IMG/VR virus record: IMGVR_UViG_3300048670_001104
Source: a virus
Lineage: Duplodnaviria; Heunggongvirae; Uroviricota; Caudoviricetes
Reading direction: 5' to 3' (one strand)
DNA length: 19,211 nucleotides
Shown here piece by piece: positions 1 through 6,395 of the stretch. Position 1 is the first letter of the stretch; each line of letters begins with the position of its first letter. Both the position numbers and the translations under genes were made by a program. The notes under the pieces were generated by a model. That model was not told the origin of the DNA and ran no database searches. It saw nothing but the letters and a program-made list of their open reading frames with translations.

Positions 1-2758
1 CATCATCGTCATCCATGTTTTCTTTGATGTAGTCGTAGATCATTTGTTCACTGTCTGACTCCCACCGAGAGTCAAATGCTTCGGATTGCCAGTCTGAAAA
101 ATCAGTCATCATGCTGTCGATCAGGCTGTCAACACTTCTGCGGGTGTTGTAATCACCGTCATAGAAAAAGTCTCGGATGTCTCTGGGGCTGCTGGCCCGT
201 TCATCTGAGTCGTAGTCAGGTTCCAGATCTCCGCCTTCGTCTTCACTTTGAGTATTGGGCACGATCATCTCAAATTCCATGCCGGCCAAGGCACCTGTTT
301 TGGCTGCTTCTTTTCGCAGGTTCTTACCACCCATGTTGATCTCAAACAGGTCCTGCTCTTTGAACTCACGCAACAGTTTTTGTAATCCTGCTGTGAGTAA
401 CGCAGGATGACCTTGTGAGTCTGTTTGTAATCCCAGTTTGTTGGCTTCTTTGCCCACAGCACCGGGACGCACATCTTTAGTTAGTGCCATAACGAATCGT
501 GGATCCCGAGCCTGCTTCCGCGTGGGGATGTAGCCTGATGCTTCGGACATGGTCTGCTCTGCGAATCCCATACCCTCGGCACCATACCTTGCATTGTCTT
601 GGGCTTTTAAATGTTCTAATACCGCAGGTAAATTATCAGTCTGTTGTATTTTCCACCCTTGCTTTTTAATATATGCAAATGGATCAGTTATGCGTTCTTG
701 CTTGATCGGGCGTCCCGGATTGCTGCTGAAATATTCACCGCTGGGCTTCTTCTCAAAATTTCCAGCATCAAAAACAGTGAGGTAAGATTGTTTATTTTTC
801 AGTTTAGGTATATCATTCTTGTCAAACCACACAGTGGGTTGTCCAGGACCATACTTGGCCACATACCGAGTTTCTGCACTGCTGCCAGTTGCATACAAGG
901 CGGTGAACAGTGGATCGCCGGCAAAAACTCCTTTAGTAGTATTAGTTTTAAGATTTTTATTCTTCCAATAACTATCGTCACCTGTGTCTACACCACTTTG
1001 GCTCCAATCGTCGGTGTGGCGGTAAGTATTCATTTTGGTAGAGAAATTACGGATACGATGCGGATCAATTCGAGTAACTACCGCAGTTTCATTGCCGATG
1101 CTTTCTTCCAGTGTAGCACCATCAAACATCTCGGGCTGTTCTTCTGCCCAGTCTCGCATGATACGACCGGCCATGGCATTGGCTTGATCTTCATACGGGC
1201 TACCAGTCTCACCTGCATCTGCGGGCAACGGACTCTTTTCGTCCTGCTGACGATGTGTCATCTCATGTGCCATGGTGCGAAGTATATCCAACACATGGCG
1301 ATTGGCAGTGGCCAAGATCAGTGTGTTGCTTTCTGGTTGGTATTGACCAAAACTGCCATTATCTTTGCTCCATTCCGGAGTGGTTTCCAACCGCAGTCTA
1401 GGTGGATTCTCTAACTCTAACTTGCTCACACAACTCCGGTAGAAACGATGCAGGATCTTCTTCAACTGATCTGGATCTACTGATTCCATGATGCCCGGCT
1501 TTGCAAATTTCGACAAGGCGGCCTGTGCCACTGCTTTATAATTTTTAGGATGTAGTCGATCTCCAGTGGTCGCTACATCAGCAAGACTCACATAAGCATC
1601 CCCACCAATGGCTGACAGCACATCGTCGCGAGCCGTTTCATAGAAAGGCAATATCCAAACATATTGTTTGGCTTTGAGAACATCTCGTATGCGACCGATA
1701 TTTTGTATCGTGGCCTTGCGGTTGGGGTTCTTGCCGCCGCCCTTCAAAATAGCATAATCATTGGTTCCGGCACTAACAATGGCCACATCAGCACCTTGCA
1801 CCTGGGGATTTGAACTAGCCGCATCAAGGATTTGTCTAGTGCTACGACCCACCACTGCTTCGTATGGTAGACCAGCAGCCTGTGCGATGCCCACGGCGAT
1901 GCTGTCTCCCACTACCACAATCCGGGGACCACTCACTGCTTCATCCACTTGCTCGGATTCAGTGCCGGCAGGATGATCTTGGCCAGCATAGGCTGTGCCC
2001 GGGAACCAGTAATCACGCATGCCATAATTCACACGCTTGCGAGGCTTGAGTGATTGTTCTAGACTGAGTTCACGATCACGAATGGCTGTCTTGGCATCTT
2101 TCAATCGACCAATGCAACCCATGTTCCGCAACAGTTTAAATGTGATATTCTCGCAGCCAAACTCGCCATTCTTTTCCAGGCCAGTTTTACGCATGTCCTT
2201 GATGCGATCCCACAGTCGATTGATGGCATCTGCATCACCCGATTCAACAGCGGCATGAATACGAGCGTCAAGATCTGCTGTTTTGTTCTGTACACATGAA
2301 TCATCTATCCGAGCTCGTCTGCGTTGTGGAACTTGATTCCAATCACCATTCTTTACACTGTAGATGCCTTGGCTCACATGTTTTTGATCCGCCGGCTGCA
2401 CATACAGTTCCACGGGCACGCCACCAATCCGGATGTCATGTTCGTCATTATATTGGTACTTTTTGGCGTTGAACAATTCCTGATACACAGGATCGTCAGG
2501 CATTTCTACCACAAGGTGTAGATCAATGTCGGAGTGGGGAGTGTAACTATAGGCAGCATTGCTGCCCGAGATGGTGATGTCCTGGACCGTGAGATCATCC
2601 ACGCCCAGGAACTCTTGGAAATCTGCTGCTATGGCCTGAAGTTTCTCTTGCACCTCTGGCAACAAGTGCTCGTCTGAACCCCATATTCTAGGGTTCAGAC
2701 GGCTATGGAATTTTACAGCATCGGCGAGATTAAAGTTGTCAAGATCATGGAAATTCAT
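1..2758 (-). CDS. Large multidomain (polyvalent-type) protein, >919 aa, 3' end beyond the window edge: Pol-beta-like nucleotidyltransferase + SGNH/GDSL hydrolase + HEXXH metallopeptidase + unknown module + putative amidoligase N-terminus
   Basis: Manually translated. ATG at 2758, bounded by an upstream in-frame TAG (2762-2764). No in-frame stop down to base 2, so the ORF track omits it. Motifs: ISGSNAAY..SDIDLH (G65/S66, D77/D79); VVGDS(284-286)..GTND(331-334)..DRLH(400-403); AHEMTH(498-502)..YEDQANAMAG; AGMEFE(826-830). TAAATA lies 4 nt upstream. Confidence 0.92.
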   Translation of the reverse strand, partial: MNFHDLDNFNLADAVKFHSRLNPRIWGSDEHLLPEVQEKLQAIAADFQEFLGVDDLTVQDITISGSNAAYSYTPHSDIDLHLVVEMPDDPVYQELFNAKKYQYNDEHDIRIGGVPVELYVQPADQKHVSQGIYSVKNGDWNQVPQRRRARIDDSCVQNKTADLDARIHAAVESGDADAINRLWDRIKDMRKTGLEKNGEFGCENITFKLLRNMGCIGRLKDAKTAIRDRELSLEQSLKPRKRVNYGMRDYWFPGTAYAGQDHPAGTESEQVDEAVSGPRIVVVGDSIAVGIAQAAGLPYEAVVGRSTRQILDAASSNPQVQGADVAIVSAGTNDYAILKGGGKNPNRKATIQNIGRIRDVLKAKQYVWILPFYETARDDVLSAIGGDAYVSLADVATTGDRLHPKNYKAVAQAALSKFAKPGIMESVDPDQLKKILHRFYRSCVSKLELENPPRLRLETTPEWSKDNGSFGQYQPESNTLILATANRHVLDILRTMAHEMTHRQQDEKSPLPADAGETGSPYEDQANAMAGRIMRDWAEEQPEMFDGATLEESIGNETAVVTRIDPHRIRNFSTKMNTYRHTDDWSQSGVDTGDDSYWKNKNLKTNTTKGVFAGDPLFTALYATGSSAETRYVAKYGPGQPTVWFDKNDIPKLKNKQSYLTVFDAGNFEKKPSGEYFSSNPGRPIKQERITDPFAYIKKQGWKIQQTDNLPAVLEHLKAQDNARYGAEGMGFAEQTMSEASGYIPTRKQARDPRFVMALTKDVRPGAVGKEANKLGLQTDSQGHPALLTAGLQKLLREFKEQDLFEINMGGKNLRKEAAKTGALAGMEFEMIVPNTQSEDEGGDLEPDYDSDERASSPRDIRDFFYDGDYNTRRSVDSLIDSMMTDFSDWQSEAFDSRWESDSEQMIYDYIKENMDDDD

Positions 2759-2762
2759 GATC

Positions 2763-2768
2763 TATTTA
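2763..2768 (-). promoter_or_regulatory. Late-promoter-like TAAATA motif, 4 nt before the ATG at 2758
   Basis: Minus strand reads CGATAAATAGATC-ATG. Matches the core of the T4 gp55 late promoter TATAAATA and recurs before many genes here. Confidence 0.65.
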
Positions 2769-2771
2769 TCG

Positions 2772-3719
2772 CTATTCAGCAGTAGCGGTTGTCTCTTCAG
2801 CAGTAGCGGTTGTGTCTTCAACCTTCTTGTTGGTAGCAATCACTGTGGCTTCCACAGGTGTGGCAGGTGCATCTAACTCGGCTGCCGCAGGCGTTGGCTG
2901 CATCACAATCTGTGGTTGGTTGGCTTGATTGGCCAAGGCAATTTCATGCAGATCTGCATACAGTTTGTCTTGTGTTTGGTAATCAAACACATAGGTGCCG
3001 GTGTGCTTGAGCAGCACACGCTTGTCCACAAACACTTGACCGCCAATATCACGCCAGTTTTCACAGAAGGTCCAGTCTTCACTGTAGTAACGATTTTCAC
3101 GCACTGCTGTGTCAAAGTAGGTTTTCATGTAAGGATTCAACACAGGGTCCAGACCAATGTCATTGATAAATGGCTTCACAGCAGGATGTGCATTGAGTTT
3201 CTCAAACACATCGCGCTTCATCAACAAGAAACCTGTACCGGTCTTGGTCACCTCAATCAAGCCTGATGGATCATTCTGCTCGGCACCGGGAATTCCATTA
3301 ACACACCACTTGACCGGCAGGCTTTTCATGGGATACAATCCACCCACTACATCTTTGTCGTGATTCAGCATGACCAACAAGTGCCAAGGTTCCCAGCCAA
3401 TGTCAGCGTCCACAAACATCAAGTGCGTGGATTCTTTGGTGTGCAGGAACTTGGCAGTGAGTGTGTTTCTTGCACGGGAGATCAGGGATTCATTGGTCAT
3501 GGTCTCCACAGTCCAATCCAGGCCCAGTTGGCGTGCTACATTGGCCCACTTGATGTAACTCATGAATGTAGATTCTGTGAGTTGTCCCCCGTAGCATGGC
3601 ATGCATATATGAACTCTTGTGGTTTTCAAGTAGTCAATGTTGACTTGGATGCTTTGTTGACCATTTGCTTGATCCACAGGGGATGCGTTCTGGTAAGGTA
3701 ATTGTTGTTCGTCTGCCAT
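2772..3719 (-). CDS. GT-A fold (GT2-like) glycosyltransferase with low-complexity A/T/E/P C-terminal tail
   Basis: 315 aa. VHICMPCY N-terminal strand, SLISRARN, HLMFVDAD (DxD motif), VVGGLYPMK, GTGFLL, SEDWTFC. AAAGGG SD-like sequence before the ATG. Confidence 0.8.
   Translation of the reverse strand: MADEQQLPYQNASPVDQANGQQSIQVNIDYLKTTRVHICMPCYGGQLTESTFMSYIKWANVARQLGLDWTVETMTNESLISRARNTLTAKFLHTKESTHLMFVDADIGWEPWHLLVMLNHDKDVVGGLYPMKSLPVKWCVNGIPGAEQNDPSGLIEVTKTGTGFLLMKRDVFEKLNAHPAVKPFINDIGLDPVLNPYMKTYFDTAVRENRYYSEDWTFCENWRDIGGQVFVDKRVLLKHTGTYVFDYQTQDKLYADLHEIALANQANQPQIVMQPTPAAAELDAPATPVEATVIATNKKVEDTTATAEETTATAE
2775..2816. repeat. 21-nt tandem repeat, 2 copies with 1 mismatch, encoding DTTATAE/ETTATAE
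   Basis: ttcagcagtagcggttgtctc followed by ttcagcagtagcggttgtgtc, then a partial ttca. Confidence 0.9.
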
Positions 3720-3742
3720 AAGGCCCTTTCAATGTTGTAGAA

Positions 3743-3748
3743 TATTTA
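3743..3748 (-). promoter_or_regulatory. TAAATA late-promoter-like motif upstream of the glycosyltransferase
   Basis: Intergenic. Minus strand reads CATTAAATATTCTAC, 23 nt before the ATG at 3719. Confidence 0.55.
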
Positions 3749-3775
3749 ATGGAGTATAGCAGGCCGGTAGAATTT

Positions 3776-5389
3776 CTACGACCTGGCTTCGTCCAGATAA
3801 TCTTCCATCATGGGCTGATTGTATTTGCGTTGATAACTGGCCCGCAGGCCGCCTTGACTCATCTGGCGTGTGACTTGTTCAGCCATGCCTTGTTCGCCAA
3901 TCTGACGATATTCAGTGGGCCAATCAAAAACTATATTGTCGTATGCATCAAACACACCTTCAAGATAATCTCTCAATTCGTCGGGCACACGCTCTTTGCT
4001 CCAGTGACGGGGCATTTCTGCATCAGGACCATACCACAGTTTCCAAACGTCGGGAGTCCAGTAATCTAACGCATCACTGTCTAGATTGCCTGCTTTCTGT
4101 AATGCTGGTGCAACAGACTTATATCCCTCTCTGTTGGCCCAGTGAGCGAAGATTTTATGATACGGCTTGTGATTTTCCACAGCCCAATGATATAGATCTT
4201 TTACATCAGTCGGCGGCATCTGTGAGTCAGGGATCCGTGGTTCTCGTTGCATCCTGCCCATCAAGTTGTCAAATCTTTCATCGCCTGTGGCCTCTGTGAC
4301 TTCTGCACTCATGGCAGATTTGATTGCTCGGCGATTGTATATAGCAAATTGCCCGGCATCATCAGCGGTGCTGGACCAACCAGGCAGATCAGGCAAAATT
4401 CTTCGTATGATTCTGGCATACAATGCTCTACGATTGGGTTCCGCGGCTTGGAAATACAACAATGCAGGTCTGGCTTTTTTCACATACTGTATTATGGCAT
4501 TGATCACAATGCCAAATACTTCTGCGGCTGACCCTGTGCCTTCGATACCCTGCTTGGCCACTGGATGTCCGCCTTTCATGTCCTGTGTGATTTGTTCAAA
4601 ACTAACAAACTTGCTTTTGTTATATACCTCATCAGAATCAAAGAAATCATATGGGCTCATTTCATCTGGACCAATGTATGGTTCCAGGAAATCCAATTGA
4701 TATCGTACTCCATTGCTGGCAGTGAAGTTGAATTTGACCATGTCTGAATCACTGGTGTCCCACTGCGAAGTTGTGTTGCTTGCCTTGGTGTCTAATACTT
4801 CTGTCAACTCCGCACCCATGGCAGTGTCCAACATTTTAACCACTGTGTTGGCCAGTTTGGGGTTCTTCTGTGTGTTGGGATATAGACTCATGACCAATGC
4901 CATGCGTCGACGCTCATCCAGTTCGGGCCATGCTGTGCGAATCTCTGTGGCTGACCGCATGCCAGGCCCAAATGTAACTGTGGGCAGATAAGCCATGTAA
5001 GCGTGTTGAGTCATGGGTGCCATGCGGTCACTCACGGGTTGCAGATATGATGGGTTGCCATCCTTCTTCGTACCGCCGGCTTGTGGTGGTTTGGCAGCGT
5101 CTTTCTCACTACGCACAAAGATCAACTGTGTGTCGGCAGGATCATAGTTCCGTGTGATTTCTTCTGCGCGGAATGGACTCTTCACTTGATAGAAATCGCC
5201 AGGTGGCACCCCGGCCAACTGTGCTAGTTTCTCTTTTAGTCGGAATGGAAATGGGCGATTAGAAGTGTCGTTGGTGGCTGCCACTTTGACATCAGCACCA
5301 GGAAACGCCTGCAATGCAGACTGATAAAGTGCTAGGTGACCTGCGTGAAAAGGATGGAACCCACCGGGAATGATGACTAACTGTTTCAT
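3776..5389 (-). CDS. Multidomain protein: N-terminal HxGH (cytidylyltransferase-like) nucleotidyltransferase plus two uncharacterised domains
   Basis: 537 aa. IPGGFHPFHAGH (HxGH) and SATEIR (SxTxIR) delimit a class I NTase domain (aa 1-~190). Linkers AELTE/V (195-197), AEVTE/A (364-366) and EQGMAE/Q (499-504) separate further modules. Confidence 0.85.
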   Translation of the reverse strand: MKQLVIIPGGFHPFHAGHLALYQSALQAFPGADVKVAATNDTSNRPFPFRLKEKLAQLAGVPPGDFYQVKSPFRAEEITRNYDPADTQLIFVRSEKDAAKPPQAGGTKKDGNPSYLQPVSDRMAPMTQHAYMAYLPTVTFGPGMRSATEIRTAWPELDERRRMALVMSLYPNTQKNPKLANTVVKMLDTAMGAELTEVLDTKASNTTSQWDTSDSDMVKFNFTASNGVRYQLDFLEPYIGPDEMSPYDFFDSDEVYNKSKFVSFEQITQDMKGGHPVAKQGIEGTGSAAEVFGIVINAIIQYVKKARPALLYFQAAEPNRRALYARIIRRILPDLPGWSSTADDAGQFAIYNRRAIKSAMSAEVTEATGDERFDNLMGRMQREPRIPDSQMPPTDVKDLYHWAVENHKPYHKIFAHWANREGYKSVAPALQKAGNLDSDALDYWTPDVWKLWYGPDAEMPRHWSKERVPDELRDYLEGVFDAYDNIVFDWPTEYRQIGEQGMAEQVTRQMSQGGLRASYQRKYNQPMMEDYLDEARS

Positions 5390-5395
5390 ACCCAG

Positions 5396-5401
5396 TATTT
5401 A
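5396..5401 (-). promoter_or_regulatory. TAAATA late-promoter-like motif, 6 nt before the ATG at 5389
   Basis: Minus strand reads CTAAATACTGGGT-ATG. Confidence 0.65.
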
Positions 5402-5402
5402 G

Positions 5403-5837
5403 TTACATGTTTTCTAATAACCAGAGATAGATCGGCGTGGTGAATTTCAGACTCACCGTACCATTGCAGCCCATTTCACCATAAAATCTGTCAATGGTGG
5501 GTTTGCCGGTGCCGTTAAAATCATGCTGATATTGGGCCAATTTCACTGTGAGATATTGACAGTCAATGTCGTCAAATCGAATGTCACTCACCATCACTGT
5601 GGCATCACTGACAATATTACCATCGGCATCCACTTGTGTGTGATCTGACAGTTTGTTCTTTAGAACAAATCTAAGTTCGTGATCGCCATCGTCATCGGGC
5701 ATTTCATACTCCACTGGGCAAGCATGATCCACATGATCCTGATCAAATAATTTGTGATTATCTAGCCATATTTCCATGCCCACAGGCACAGTGATATTGC
5801 TACTGCTGATCACACAGTTAAATTTAATTGTATCCAT
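5403..5837 (-). CDS. Hypothetical beta-rich protein (144 aa; start revised to ATG 5837)
   Basis: MDTIKFNC... starts 1 nt after the TAA of the upstream gene. The track's GTG at 5864 overlaps that gene. Confidence 0.75.
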   Translation of the reverse strand: MDTIKFNCVISSSNITVPVGMEIWLDNHKLFDQDHVDHACPVEYEMPDDDGDHELRFVLKNKLSDHTQVDADGNIVSDATVMVSDIRFDDIDCQYLTVKLAQYQHDFNGTGKPTIDRFYGEMGCNGTVSLKFTTPIYLWLLENM

Positions 5838-5838
5838 G

Positions 5839-6216
5839 TTAGTACGTGGCTTGCACCACTTCAATCACACCGTCTTTGAAATTTGTTACCACTGCTCGCA
5901 ACCATACAAAGTTACCCATCACTGCTTGTATGTAAGTGTCTGTTATGGTGCTGGAATCAGCAGAGCTGCCATCACCATACGACGCTATATCAAACCAACG
6001 AGACTCGGCAGGATCATTGTCCAGAGTGGCCTGTATCACTACTTCGCCTTGCACACCACGGAACACCCAACGCAGAGTTTGGATACTGCCACGACCGCGA
6101 TAGTAGTTGGCTGCCTTCTGTGGATCACCGATAAAGTCTTCACTACTACCGTCATAGTTGCCCGATGGTACACCGTATTCAGTGAAGGGCACTAGTGTGA
6201 CGGTGGTGATGGCCAT
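5839..6216 (-). CDS. Hypothetical beta-sandwich-like protein, possibly virion-associated
   Basis: 125 aa. Alternating beta-strand patterns (VVIQATL, WFDI, GNFVWLRAVV). TAATG coupling to the upstream 54-aa gene. Confidence 0.75.
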   Translation of the reverse strand: MAITTVTLVPFTEYGVPSGNYDGSSEDFIGDPQKAANYYRGRGSIQTLRWVFRGVQGEVVIQATLDNDPAESRWFDIASYGDGSSADSSTITDTYIQAVMGNFVWLRAVVTNFKDGVIEVVQATY

Positions 6217-6380
6217 TATGCCCGTTCCACTTCCACGATAATGTGCTCACCAGCAAGTTCTTCTACCACTGATGTCAGTGCAGAGATCATTTCCTCTGTG
6301 GCGATGTCAGCAGTTACTGCACCGTCCTTGATCAATTTTGATAGCTTGATCACAACTATTTCTTCATGTATTTTTGCCAT
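6216..6380 (-). CDS. Small hypothetical protein (54 aa) below the track's length cut-off
   Basis: MAKIHEEIVVIKLSKLIKDGAVTADIATEEMISALTSVVEELAGEHIIVEVERA*. Preceded by an exact TATAAATA, fills the gap between clpA and the next gene, and overlaps it as TAATG. Confidence 0.8.
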   Translation of the reverse strand: MAKIHEEIVVIKLSKLIKDGAVTADIATEEMISALTSVVEELAGEHIIVEVERA

Positions 6381-6381
6381 A

Positions 6382-6395
6382 CTGTATTTATACAG
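6382..6395 (-). promoter_or_regulatory. Exact T4-type late promoter TATAAATA (6385-6392) inside the inverted repeat CTGTAT-AA-ATACAG, overlapping the clpA stop
   Basis: Minus strand reads CTG-TATAAATA-CAGT-ATG. Confidence 0.7.

Noticed and set aside
644-1414. 256-aa plus-strand ORF
   Set aside because: Antisense shadow of the giant ORF, with no recognisable motifs and no SD or promoter.
265-2304. Short minus-strand ORFs 265..474, 799..981 and 2101..2304
   Set aside because: Out-of-frame shadows within the giant ORF.
1-2770. Apparent 2.7-kb coding desert suggesting stop-codon recoding, pseudogenes or ncRNA
   Set aside because: A single standard-code frame is open from 2758 to the edge. The track missed it only because no stop is in the window. 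TAA, TAG and TGA all terminate well-formed genes elsewhere.
3767-3779. Palindrome GTAGAA-T-TTCTAC at the stop of the 537-aa gene
   Set aside because: AT-rich 6-bp arms with a 1-nt loop and no U-tract; too weak to call a terminator or operator.
6216-6380. Possible clpS next to clpA
   Set aside because: Too short, and I cannot recognise ClpS core motifs.
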